From positions 69,790-133,789 of the forward strand of contig JAXLRD010000011.1 of assembly GCA_046331285.1 (NCBI GenBank): a DNA stretch of 64,000 nucleotides, in the 5' to 3' direction. The translations under genes were made by a program, and so were the position numbers. Position 1 is the stretch's first letter. Every line of letters begins with the position of its first letter. Shown here piece after piece: positions 47,366 to 56,407 of the stretch. Source of the stretch: Vicinamibacteria bacterium. GTDB taxonomy: Bacteria; Acidobacteriota; Vicinamibacteria; Fen-336. The notes under the pieces were generated by a model. The model was not told the DNA's origin and ran no database searches. It saw only the letters and a program-made list of their open reading frames with translations.

Positions 47366-48126
47366 TGGAAGTCGCGCGAGCGGAAGGCCGCGAGGCCCAG
47401 ACACAGCACGACCCCGGTCCAGGCGAGGCCGTACCCGAGGATCCAGAGGACGACGGTCGCCGGCACCGGGTCCCCGTAGGCGACGCGGCTCTTCAGGTCG
47501 AAGTGGCCGAAGTTGGGCAGCGCCGCGTAGAGGAGCGGCCCGAGCCAGGCCGGGACGTCCTGGGCCACTTCGCGCAGGCCGCGGACGAGGTCCGTGAACC
47601 GGCCGGCCACCGCGATGCCCACCGTGAAGACCGCCGCGAGGGTCGACGAGGTGAGCGACGAGAAGAGCATCGCGAAGGCGACGACGAGCAGCAGCCCGGC
47701 GTAGATCGGCACGATCGCCGAGACGAGGCCGGCGTCGAGGCGGCGGCCGGTGGCGAGCAGCGTGAGATAGAGGCCGGCGGTCATGACCGCGAGGTTCACG
47801 AAGAGGGTGAAGCCGAGGCCCGCGAACTTCCCGAGGAAGAGCTCGCTCCGCGACAGCGGCTTCGCGAGCAGGGGGAACAGCGAGCGCCGTTCGATCTCCT
47901 TGCTGACGAGGCCGGTGCCGATGAAGACGGCGATGAGGGTGCCGAAGAGCTCCATCGCGGCGAGGCCGATGTCCTTGATGATCTTCTCGTCCTGCCGGAT
48001 CGACAGCTGGCCGAGGAGCAGGCCCGAGCCGGTCATCAGGAGGGCGAACAGCACGAGGTTGTAGAGCACCCGCTCGCGCACGGTCTCGCGGAACGTGTTG
48101 GCGGCGACGGCGAGGATGCGGCTCAT
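47362..48126 (-). CDS. ABC-2 type transporter permease (PilI-like by context)
   Basis: MSRILAVAANTFRETVRERVLYN... with six TM. The ATG at 48126 overlaps the ATPase stop (ATGA). Confidence 0.8.
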   Translation of the reverse strand: MSRILAVAANTFRETVRERVLYNLVLFALLMTGSGLLLGQLSIRQDEKIIKDIGLAAMELFGTLIAVFIGTGLVSKEIERRSLFPLLAKPLSRSELFLGKFAGLGFTLFVNLAVMTAGLYLTLLATGRRLDAGLVSAIVPIYAGLLLVVAFAMLFSSLTSSTLAAVFTVGIAVAGRFTDLVRGLREVAQDVPAWLGPLLYAALPNFGHFDLKSRVAYGDPVPATVVLWILGYGLAWTGVVLCLGLAAFRSRDFQ

Positions 48127-49094
48127 CCCTCCCCCCAGGCGCCGGCGCCCCCGGCGCCGTCTCCCGCCGGCCCCTGCATCTCGCGCATGAAGTAGTCCTC
48201 GAGGGTCTGACGCACGGGCTGGACCGCGAGCACGCGGCCCCCGGCCGACTCGACGGCGGTGATCGCGCGGCCTAGGTCCGCCTCGCGCACCTGCAGCCGC
48301 ACGCGCTCTCCCACGCGCTCGGCCTTCTCCACGCCGGGGAGGGCGCCGGCTTCGTCGCCGAGCCCGGCCACGAACACCTCCATGTGGTCGACGTCGAGCC
48401 GCAGCAGCTCGCCGAGCGGTCCGACCTTCAGCAGCCGGCCGCCGCGGAGCACCGCGACCCGGTCGCACAGCGTCTCGGCGTCGCCCAGGATGTGGGTCGA
48501 GAAGAGCACGGTCTTCCCCGCTCGATGCTGGTCCACGATGATCTGCCGGACGAGCCGGCGGCCGATCGGGTCGAGGCCGGACATCGGCTCGTCGAGGATC
48601 AGCAGCTCCGGATCGTTGACGAGGGCCTGCGCGAGGCCGACCCGCTGCACCATTCCCTTCGAGAACTTCCGCATCGGCACGTTCGCGGAGCGCTCGAGGC
48701 CGACGAGCTCCAGCAGCTCCCGGGACCGCTCCCGGCGCCGCGCCGCGCCGAACCCGAACAGCCGGCCGACGTAGTCGAGGTACTCGGCCGGGGTCAGATA
48801 GTCGTAGAGGTAGGGATGCTCGGGAAGATAGCCGGCCCGGAACCGCCAGGCGCGCGAGGCCGCCGGCTCACCCAGGACGAACGCCTCGCCGCTGTCCGGC
48901 CTCAGCAGGCCGATGAGGAGCTTCAGGGTCGTGGTCTTCCCGGAACCGTTCGGGCCCACGTAGCCCAGGATCTCGCCCCGCCGGACCTGGAGCGTCAGGT
49001 CCTGAAGCGCAGGACGACGGCCCTGGATCACGTGACCGGTGCGGTAGCTCTTGCACAGACCACGGATGTCGACGGCCGAAGGCGCATCCGTCAT
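48123..49094 (-). CDS. ABC transporter ATP-binding protein (PilH-like by context)
   Basis: Walker A GPNGSGKTT, signature FSKGMVQRVGLA, Walker B LLILDEP. Confidence 0.9.
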   Translation of the reverse strand: MTDAPSAVDIRGLCKSYRTGHVIQGRRPALQDLTLQVRRGEILGYVGPNGSGKTTTLKLLIGLLRPDSGEAFVLGEPAASRAWRFRAGYLPEHPYLYDYLTPAEYLDYVGRLFGFGAARRRERSRELLELVGLERSANVPMRKFSKGMVQRVGLAQALVNDPELLILDEPMSGLDPIGRRLVRQIIVDQHRAGKTVLFSTHILGDAETLCDRVAVLRGGRLLKVGPLGELLRLDVDHMEVFVAGLGDEAGALPGVEKAERVGERVRLQVREADLGRAITAVESAGGRVLAVQPVRQTLEDYFMREMQGPAGDGAGGAGAWGEG

Positions 49095-49176
49095 CGGGGG
49101 TCGATCTTACTAGAGTCGGCCGCGGAAGGCAGGGGCCGGCGAGTGGGTCGGGATCGGGGCCCTTCGATCAGGGAAC

Positions 49177-49201
49177 GAGGCCCGGGCGGGGCCCGGGCCT
49201 C
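49177..49201 (-). terminator. GC-rich hairpin after pilA copy 1 (weak U-tract)
   Basis: GAGGCCCGGG-CCCCG-CCCGGGCCTC, a 10-bp stem followed by GTTCCCTG. Confidence 0.4.
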
Positions 49202-49225
49202 GGAGGATTCCCGGCCGGCGCCGGG

Positions 49226-49774
49226 TTACTGGAGGACCGTGCAGCTCGTGAAGACGATCGCGCCGTTCGCGACGACCGGTGCCGTGGCCCCCTGCGGCGT
49301 GAAGCAGATGATGCCGCTCGAGTCGCCGGCGAACGCCCGCACGCCCGACTGGCCGACCGTGACCGGCCACGCCGTGTACGCGTAGCTCGTGGCGCTGGCC
49401 GATCCGGAGATGGCCGTGTTGACCGACGAGACCGCCGGCGCCTCGAAGGAGCGGTTGTAGCCGGACTTCGGCGCCTGCGCCGCGAGGTTCGAGTCGAGGA
49501 ACGTGGGCCCGTTCGTCGGATAGCTGGGAATGCAGCCGCTGCCCGTGGGCACGCTCAGGCAGGACATGTCGCTCGCGTACCAGCCGCCATTGGCGGAGTG
49601 ATACGCGGCCTGGGCCGAGATCACCGCCCGGATGTCGCCGATGGTCGCCGCCTCGTTGGCCGAAACCCGCGCCCGGAGGAGGCTGGGGATCGCGATGGCC
49701 GCGATGATGCCGATGATCGCCACGACGATCAGCAACTCGATGAGCGTGAAACCCTTCTGCCCCTGCTTGTGCAT
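49226..49774 (-). CDS. pilA: Type IVa major pilin, copy 1
   Basis: MHKQGQKG/FTLIELLIVVAIIGIIAAIAIPSLLRARVSANE. Four Cys (two disulfide loops). Confidence 0.9.
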   Translation of the reverse strand: MHKQGQKGFTLIELLIVVAIIGIIAAIAIPSLLRARVSANEAATIGDIRAVISAQAAYHSANGGWYASDMSCLSVPTGSGCIPSYPTNGPTFLDSNLAAQAPKSGYNRSFEAPAVSSVNTAISGSASATSYAYTAWPVTVGQSGVRAFAGDSSGIICFTPQGATAPVVANGAIVFTSCTVLQ

Positions 49775-49840
49775 TGACTGGTCGTCCTTTCGTGAGCTGG
49801 CTGCGCGGCCACCCGGCCTGGGTGCGTCCGTTCTGGAGTG

Positions 49841-49856
49841 GGCAACTTGTGTACCA
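49841..49856 (-). promoter_or_regulatory. Sigma-54 (-24/-12) promoter of pilA copy 1
   Basis: Minus strand reads TGGTACACAAGTTGCC, which is GG-N10-GC with consensus spacing. It lies about 65 nt upstream of the ATG at 49774. Confidence 0.6.
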
Positions 49857-49994
49857 ACGGCGACCACCCGTAAGTGTATGACTGCACGTGGCGCTTGTGC
49901 ACGCTCGTCCGGAGGGACGCGACAAGAAATGCTCGGACCGACGCTTCTTGTCCGGATTGCCTCGACAGGGAGAGATCCGCGAACGCCTCTTGGC

Positions 49995-50032
49995 GGAAAA
50001 GAAAAAGGGCCTGGGGAAATGCCCCCAGGCCC
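49995..50032 (-). terminator. Rho-independent terminator after pilA copy 2
   Basis: Minus strand: GGGCCTGGGG-GCATTT-CCCCAGGCCC followed by TTTTTCTTTT. Confidence 0.7.
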
Positions 50033-50053
50033 TCGGGTGCGGCGTCTACGCCC

Positions 50054-50596
50054 TTACTGGAGGACGGTGCAGCTCGAGAGAAGGACCGCGCCGTTCGTGA
50101 CGGTCGGCGTCGTGCCTCCCTGCGGCGTGAAGCAGATGACGCCGCTCGAGTCGCCGGCGAACGCCCGCACGCCCGACTGGCCGACCGTGACCGGCCACGC
50201 CGAGTACGCGTACGCGCCCGTGCTGTCCGAGCCCGAAACCGCCGTGTTCACGCCCGTGATCGCCGTCGCGTCGAAGGACCGGTTGTAGCCGGACTTCGGA
50301 GCCTGCGCGGCCAGGTTCGGGTCGAGGAACGTCGGGCCGTTCGTGGGATAGCTCGGGATGCAGGTGCCGCCCGTGGGCACGCTCAGGCAGGTCATGGTGC
50401 TGGCGTACCAGCCGCCGTTCGCGGACTGATAGGCGGCCTGAGCCGAGATCACCGTGCGGATGTCGCCGATGGTGGCCGACTCGTTCGCGGACACGCGCGC
50501 CCGCAGCAGGCTCGGAATCGCGATGGCGGCGATGATGCCGATGATCGCGACGACGATCAGCAGCTCGATGAGCGTGAAACCCTTCTGCTTCTTCAT
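50054..50596 (-). CDS. pilA: Type IVa major pilin, copy 2
   Basis: MKKQKG/FTLIELLIVVAIIGIIAAIAIPSLLRARVSANE. About 84% identical to copy 1 over the mature part (hand count). Confidence 0.9.
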   Translation of the reverse strand: MKKQKGFTLIELLIVVAIIGIIAAIAIPSLLRARVSANESATIGDIRTVISAQAAYQSANGGWYASTMTCLSVPTGGTCIPSYPTNGPTFLDPNLAAQAPKSGYNRSFDATAITGVNTAVSGSDSTGAYAYSAWPVTVGQSGVRAFAGDSSGVICFTPQGGTTPTVTNGAVLLSSCTVLQ

Positions 50597-50650
50597 CTGG
50601 TTCCTCTCGTCCTTTCCATGCCACGGAACACTGTGGCCGGACCGGGAGAT

Positions 50651-50666
50651 AGCAACACACGTGCCG
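50651..50666 (-). promoter_or_regulatory. Sigma-54 (-24/-12) promoter of pilA copy 2
   Basis: Minus strand reads CGGCACGTGTGTTGCT (GGCACG-N4-TTGCT). It lies about 55 nt upstream of the ATG at 50596. Confidence 0.65.
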
Positions 50667-50832
50667 AGGTCCCGACCGCATAACTCCTTATGAATCAGTG
50701 GGCTCGGCACTCAGCTCGCGACAAAAATTGCCACCGCGACAGAATGTGACACATCCGCGACCGTTTCGCGGACCGGCTCCCTTCAGGCGCACAGCGGGCG
50801 ACCGCAAGATGGGTCCGCCGGCCGGCTCGCGC

Positions 50833-52221
50833 TCAGCTCGCGCGTTCCCGCCCCGAGACCGCCGGGTGCTTCTTCATGAGGTAGCGCAGGGAGCGGGGCG
50901 TCACCCCGAGCAGGCGCGCCGCCTCGGACCTGTCGCCGGCCGCCTGCTGGAGCGCCTCCTGCAGGAGCTTGGCCTCGACCGACAGCAGGTAGCCGTCGAG
51001 GCTGAAGCCGTGCCCGATCGCGGGCATCGCGACCCCCGCCGAGGGCCGGAGGAGCGCCTCGGGGAGCCGCTCGGCGAGAATCGCCTCCGTCGTCTCGAGC
51101 GCGCAGGCGCGCTCCACGACGTTCTCGAGCTCGCGGACGTTCCCGGGCCACGAGTGGCGCTTCAGGCACGCCATGGCCTCCTCGGAGATCTTCGCCACAC
51201 GCTTGCCCATCTGGCGCGCGAAGCGCTCGGCGAAGTGCGCGGCGAGGAGGGGAATGTCCTCCGTGCGCTCGCGCAGGGAAGGCGTGCGGATCGGGATCAC
51301 CTGCAGGCGGTAGAAGAGGTCCTCGCGGAACTTCCGCTGCTGCACGAGGTCCTCGAGGGGGACGTTGGTCGCCGCGATCACGCGAACGTCGACCTCGATC
51401 TCGGCCGTGCTTCCCACCGGCCGGATGCGGCGCTCCTGCAGGGCGCGGAGGAGCTTCACCTGCATCGGCGGCGAGGTCTCGCCGACCTCGTCGAGGAAGA
51501 GGGTGCCCCCGCTCGCGGCCTCGAAGAGCCCCTTCTTGCTCTGCCGCGCGTCCGTGAAGGCGCCCTTCACGTGGCCGAACAGCTCGCTCTCGAGGAGCGT
51601 GTCGGGCAGGGCGCCGCAGTTGACGCTCACGAACGGCTCCTCCGCCCGTCCGGACAGGCCGTGGATCGCCCGCGCGACGAGCTCCTTCCCCGTGCCGCTC
51701 TCGCCGGTCACGAGGACCGTGGAGCTCGTGGGAGCGACCGCGCGGATCATCTCGAAGAGGGACGCCATCACCGGAGAGACGCCGATCAGGCGCTCGAGCC
51801 CGTGGCTGCGGCCCACTTCCCGCCGGAGGCGGACGTTCTCCTGGCGCAGCCGCTGGTTGGCGAGGGCGTCGCGGACGACGACGCGCAGCTCGTCGACGTC
51901 GAAGGGCTTGAGGATGTAGGCCTCGGCCCCGAGCTTGCGCGCGGCCACCGCGGTCTCGGAGGTGCCGTAGGCCGTCATCACGACGACCGCCGTCTCCGGG
52001 GTGGCGGCCTTCACGTGACGCAGCACCTCGATGCCGTCGCCGTCGGGCAGGCGCACGTCGGTCAGAACGAGGTCGACGTCGCCCTCGGCGAGAGCGCGGG
52101 CCGCCTCGGCCCGGCTGCCGGCGGCCCGGACGTCGAGCCCCTCCTTCTTGAGGAGGATGGCGAGCATCTCCCGCATGGACTGCGCGTCGTCGACGATGAG
52201 GATGCGCCGCGCCTCGCTCAA
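50833..52221 (-). CDS. pilR: Sigma-54-dependent response regulator PilR
   Basis: REC (ILIVDDAQ...LTDVRLPDGDG), AAA+ (VTGESGTGKELVA, ELFGHVKGAFTDA) and a Fis-type HTH. The only in-frame start is TTG at 52221. Confidence 0.85.
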   Translation of the reverse strand: MSEARRILIVDDAQSMREMLAILLKKEGLDVRAAGSRAEAARALAEGDVDLVLTDVRLPDGDGIEVLRHVKAATPETAVVVMTAYGTSETAVAARKLGAEAYILKPFDVDELRVVVRDALANQRLRQENVRLRREVGRSHGLERLIGVSPVMASLFEMIRAVAPTSSTVLVTGESGTGKELVARAIHGLSGRAEEPFVSVNCGALPDTLLESELFGHVKGAFTDARQSKKGLFEAASGGTLFLDEVGETSPPMQVKLLRALQERRIRPVGSTAEIEVDVRVIAATNVPLEDLVQQRKFREDLFYRLQVIPIRTPSLRERTEDIPLLAAHFAERFARQMGKRVAKISEEAMACLKRHSWPGNVRELENVVERACALETTEAILAERLPEALLRPSAGVAMPAIGHGFSLDGYLLSVEAKLLQEALQQAAGDRSEAARLLGVTPRSLRYLMKKHPAVSGRERAS

Positions 52222-52285
52222 GCCGTGACCCGCGCCGATCCTACGCCGCCGCGGCCCGGCCGGCAACGAGGCGCCGCCGCTCCCC

Positions 52286-53938
52286 TCATGCGCCGGCGGC
52301 GGCCGCCGGCGGGCCGAGGGCGACCACCGGGATCCGCACCTCGACCTGGGTGCCCGCGTGCGGCGCGCTGCGGACGCTGATGTCTCCGCCGTGCTCGCGG
52401 ACGATCCGGAACACGATCGCGAGCCCGAGGCCGCCGCGGCCCCCGGCCGCGTTCTGGAAGGGCTCGAACACGCGCCGCTGCTCGTCACGCCCGAGGCCGC
52501 GGCCCTCGTCGCGCACCGCCAGCACCACGTCGGTCGCCGTCCTCTGCAGGCGCACCTCGAGGCGCCCCCCGCCCGGCATCGCCTCGAGCGCGTTGCGGGC
52601 GAGGTTCCAGAAGACCTGGGCGATCTGGTCCGGGTCGGCGAGGCAGACGTGCGGCCCGGCGTCCGCCTCGAAGAGGAGAGTGTGCCCCGGCGAGAGCTCG
52701 CTCGCGTTGCGCAGGAGGGCGACGGCCGACTCCACCACGGGACGGAGGTCGACCGCCTCGTGGCGGCGCGCCGGGGTCCGGGCCTGGTACAGGAACCGGT
52801 TCAGCGTGTCCGAGAGCCGCTTGGACTCCCGGGAGATGATCTCCAGGAGACGCGCCTGCTCCTCGCCGAGCGCGGGCTCCCCCATCAGCACCTGCGCCGA
52901 GCCGCGGATCGAGCCGAGCGGGTTGCGGATCTCGTGAGCGAGCTGGGCCGCCATCTCGCCGACCGCGGCGAGCTTCTCCTTCGTGCGGACCTCGTCCTCG
53001 AGCCGCCGGATCTCGGTGAGGTCCTGGAAGACCACGAGGTACCCGGCGGAGGTCGCGGAGTTCGCGAGCGGCGTGACGGTCACCCCGAGGTCGAGGCGGC
53101 GGCCCTCGGGATGGTCGTAGGCGAGCTCGAGGCGGGCGAGCGTGCGGTCGCCGGCCCGCGAGCGCAGCTCGCCGGGCTCGAGGAGGGGCGAGCGGAAGAT
53201 CTCCTGCACGCGCGCCCCGCGGATCGCGGCGGCCGGGCGGCCGAGCACGCGCTGGCCGAACGCGTTGACGTGCAGGACCCGGGCCTGGGCGTCGGTCGTG
53301 ACGAGTCCGCTCTGGATGCTGTCGACGATGACCTGGTTGAGCTCGCGGAGGTCCGCCACCTCCTCGGTCGCCTCGAGCAGCTGGCGCCCGGTGTGGCGGA
53401 GGCTCTCGGAGAGGTAGGAGCCGAGGAGGGCCACCGTCGCGCAGGCGACGCCGAGGACGAAGATCGGGTAGACGAGCGCGCCGACGGGCGCCCCGCGCAG
53501 GTCGCCGAGGGCCGGGTGCCAGATCTGTCCCGACCGGACCGCGATCATCAGCCCGGCGTAGAGGGCCGTCGCGAGGGCGGCCAGGGCGACCGCGCCCCGC
53601 CGCGAGACGAGGAGCGTCGCGGCGAGGATCGCGAGCGGGTAGAGGAGGAGGAATCCGCTGCGGATCCCGCTCGTGAAGTAGACGAGGGCGGTGATGACTA
53701 CGAGGTCGACCACCACCTGCGCGTAGGCGAGCAGCTTGAGAGGGCGCAGGAAGCGCAGGGCGACGCCGTGCACGACCGTGATGGCGTACGTCGCCCCGAT
53801 CACGAAGTAGACCGGGTTCGTCGCCCAGAGCGTCTCGGAGACGGACTCGACCCAGGTCTGGACGAACAGGAGGGTGGTCACCATGACCACCCGGAAGCCC
53901 ATCAGCCTCCGCAGCCGGCCGTCGAGGTCGAGGTCCAT
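52286..53938 (-). CDS. pilS: Sensor histidine kinase PilS (multi-TM, PAS, HisKA, HATPase)
   Basis: MDLDLDGRLRRLMGFRVVMV... with six TM. H-box AAQLAHEIRNPLGSI; DEGRGL and GGLGLAIV. Confidence 0.8.
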   Translation of the reverse strand: MDLDLDGRLRRLMGFRVVMVTTLLFVQTWVESVSETLWATNPVYFVIGATYAITVVHGVALRFLRPLKLLAYAQVVVDLVVITALVYFTSGIRSGFLLLYPLAILAATLLVSRRGAVALAALATALYAGLMIAVRSGQIWHPALGDLRGAPVGALVYPIFVLGVACATVALLGSYLSESLRHTGRQLLEATEEVADLRELNQVIVDSIQSGLVTTDAQARVLHVNAFGQRVLGRPAAAIRGARVQEIFRSPLLEPGELRSRAGDRTLARLELAYDHPEGRRLDLGVTVTPLANSATSAGYLVVFQDLTEIRRLEDEVRTKEKLAAVGEMAAQLAHEIRNPLGSIRGSAQVLMGEPALGEEQARLLEIISRESKRLSDTLNRFLYQARTPARRHEAVDLRPVVESAVALLRNASELSPGHTLLFEADAGPHVCLADPDQIAQVFWNLARNALEAMPGGGRLEVRLQRTATDVVLAVRDEGRGLGRDEQRRVFEPFQNAAGGRGGLGLAIVFRIVREHGGDISVRSAPHAGTQVEVRIPVVALGPPAAAAGA

Positions 53939-54000
53939 CGTCGGGGTCCGCCCTCCGCCCCCGGCGGCGCCGGGGGCGGAAGACGGCGCGGGGCGACCCG

Positions 54001-55203
54001 TCAGGTCAGCTTGCTGATGAGGTCGAAGAGCGGCAGGTACATCGCGATGATGATGCCGCCGACGCTGATGCCGAGGAACAGGATCATGACGGGCTCCATC
54101 AGCGTGAGGAGGTTCGCCACCGCCTGGTCGACCTCGTCCTCGTAGAAGTCCGCGATCTTGCTGAGCATCGCGTCGAGGGCGCCCGTCTGCTCGCCGACGC
54201 CGATCATCTGCACGACCATCGGCGGGAAGACCTTCGTCTCCTTGAGGGGCTGGGCCACGGTGAGGCCGCTCTCGACCCCCTTGCGGACCACCATGATCGC
54301 GTCCTCGACGATCGCGTTGCCGGCCGTCCGGGCCGTGATCTCGAGGCCGTCGAGGATCGGGACGCCCGACGAGATGAGCGTCGAGAGCGTGCGGCAGAAC
54401 CGCGCGACGGCGATCTTCTGGAAGAGCGTTCCCAGGATGGGCATCCTCAGGAGGGCCCGATCGACCACCCGGCGCCCGCCGTGGGTCGCGTAGTAGCGCC
54501 GGAAGCCGATCGTGCCGAGCACCCCGCCGACGATGATGAACGGCAGGAGGCGCACGAACCACTTGCTGAGCCCGATGACGAACCGGGTCGGCAGCGGCAG
54601 TTCCGCGTTGAGGCCGGCGAACATCGAGGCGAAGGTCGGGATGACCTTCCACAGGATGACGGCGATGACGATCGCGGCGATGCCGATGACGGCGACGGGG
54701 TACACCATCGCGCCCTTCACCTGGGCCTTCAGCTTGACCGACTTCTCGATGTAGGTCGCGAGGCGCTTCAGGATGGTGTCGAGGATACCGCCCGCCTCGC
54801 CGGCCGCGATCATGTTGGTGAACAGATCGTCGAAGACCTTCGGGTGCTTGCGCATCGCGTCGGCGAGGCTCGCGCCGCCCTCGACGTCCATCCGGGTCTG
54901 CTGGAGGACCTTGGCGAAGGTCTTGTTCTCCTGCTGGCTGCCGAGGATCTCGAGGCACTGCACGAGCGGCAGGCCGGCGTCGATCATGACGGAGAACTGG
55001 CGGGTGAAGATCGCGAGGTCCTTGGCCGGGACGCCGCCCCCGAGCTTCGGGAGGGCGACCTCGCGACCCTTCTCCTTCACGGAGGACACGAGGATCTGGT
55101 CGCGCCGGAGGATGGCCATCACGGCTTCCTTGTTGTCGGCGACCCTCTCGCCGCCGACCACCTTCCCGTCGCGTGTCTTGCCCTTCCAGACGAAAGCAGG
55201 CAT
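54001..55203 (-). CDS. pilC: Type IV pilus platform protein PilC (GspF family)
   Basis: 400 aa with a duplicated GspF domain (FTRQFSVMIDAGLPLVQCL / FCRTLSTLISSGVPILDGL). Confidence 0.9.
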   Translation of the reverse strand: MPAFVWKGKTRDGKVVGGERVADNKEAVMAILRRDQILVSSVKEKGREVALPKLGGGVPAKDLAIFTRQFSVMIDAGLPLVQCLEILGSQQENKTFAKVLQQTRMDVEGGASLADAMRKHPKVFDDLFTNMIAAGEAGGILDTILKRLATYIEKSVKLKAQVKGAMVYPVAVIGIAAIVIAVILWKVIPTFASMFAGLNAELPLPTRFVIGLSKWFVRLLPFIIVGGVLGTIGFRRYYATHGGRRVVDRALLRMPILGTLFQKIAVARFCRTLSTLISSGVPILDGLEITARTAGNAIVEDAIMVVRKGVESGLTVAQPLKETKVFPPMVVQMIGVGEQTGALDAMLSKIADFYEDEVDQAVANLLTLMEPVMILFLGISVGGIIIAMYLPLFDLISKLT

Positions 55204-55218
55204 CGGTTCCTCCCGGCG

Positions 55219-56343
55219 CTAGCGGCCCGCCGGCCGCATGGGCGGCCGTCCCGCCGCCTGGGGGGTGGCGAGGCCGGCGCCGCGGTTGATCATGTCCTGC
55301 AGCTCCTCGGGGTTCGAGCTGATGCCGAGGGCCGTCTGCAGCGTGATCTGCTTGGCGAAGTAGAGGCTGGCCAGCGACTGGTTGAAGGTCTGCATCCCGT
55401 ACTTCTCCTGCCCGGTCTGCATCGCGGAGTAGATCTGGTGGATCTTGTCCTCGCGGATGAGGTTCCGGATGGCGGGGTTCGGGACCATGATCTCCATGGC
55501 CAGCACGCGCCCGGAGCCGCTCGCGCGCGGGAGGAGGCTCTGGCACATGATGCCCTCCAGCACGAGCGACAGCTGCGCGCGCACCTGCGACTGCTGGTGC
55601 GCGGGGAAGACGTCGACGATGCGGTTGATGGTCTGGGAGGCGGAGTTCGTGTGGAGCGTCGCGAACGTGAGATGGCCCGTCTCGGCGATTCGCAGCGCGG
55701 CCTCGATCGTCTCGAGGTCGCGCATCTCGCCGATCAGTACGACGTCGGGGTCCTCGCGGAGAGCCGCCCGCAGGGCGTTCGAGAACGAGTGGGTGTCGGC
55801 GTGGACCTCGCGCTGGTTCACGACGCACTTCTTGTGCTGGTGGAGGTACTCGATCGGGTCCTCGACGGTCAGCATGTGCTCGTGCCGCTCGGAGTTGATC
55901 TTGTCGAGCATCGCGGCGAGCGTCGTCGACTTGCCCGAGCCGGTCGGCCCGGTGACGAGCACGAGGCCGCGCGGCTTGTCGCAGATCTGCGCGATGACCG
56001 GCGGGAGCCCGAGGTCCTTGAAGCCGCGGATGTCGTAGGGGATCGTGCGGTACACGGCGGCCACCGCGCCGCGCTGCATGAACACGTTCGCGCGGAAGCG
56101 GGCGAGGCCCTTGATGCCGAAGCTGAAGTCGAGCTCGAGGTTCTCCTCGAAGCGGTGCTTCTGCGCGTCGGTGAGGACGCTGTAGGCGAGCTGCTTCGTC
56201 TCGACCGCCGAGAGCGCCGGCAGGTCGAGCGGGCGAAGCTTCCCGTCGACGCGGATCTGGGGCGCGGAGTTCGTCGTGACGTGGAGGTCGGTTCCCCCCA
56301 TCTCCGTCATGGTCTTGAGCAGCTGATGAAGGCTGACCGCCAC
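55219..56343 (-). CDS. pilT: Twitching-motility retraction ATPase PilT
   Basis: GLVLVTGPTGSGKSTT, VVLIGEMRDLETI, TGHLTFATLHTN and the AIRNLIREDK motif. GTG at 56343 follows GGGGAGGGG. Confidence 0.92.
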   Translation of the reverse strand: MAVSLHQLLKTMTEMGGTDLHVTTNSAPQIRVDGKLRPLDLPALSAVETKQLAYSVLTDAQKHRFEENLELDFSFGIKGLARFRANVFMQRGAVAAVYRTIPYDIRGFKDLGLPPVIAQICDKPRGLVLVTGPTGSGKSTTLAAMLDKINSERHEHMLTVEDPIEYLHQHKKCVVNQREVHADTHSFSNALRAALREDPDVVLIGEMRDLETIEAALRIAETGHLTFATLHTNSASQTINRIVDVFPAHQQSQVRAQLSLVLEGIMCQSLLPRASGSGRVLAMEIMVPNPAIRNLIREDKIHQIYSAMQTGQEKYGMQTFNQSLASLYFAKQITLQTALGISSNPEELQDMINRGAGLATPQAAGRPPMRPAGR

Positions 56344-56407
56344 GCCCCTCCCCCTCTCCGGACGGTCCCGGTCGGTCCGACGGCGGCCGCCCCCGACGCG
56401 GGGCGGC

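Noticed and set aside
52286-55828. A 1180-aa ORF fusing pilS with upstream sequence.
   Set aside because: Only the last 550 codons (from MDLDLDGRL) are kinase-like. The remainder overlaps pilC and pilT, which are read in other frames.
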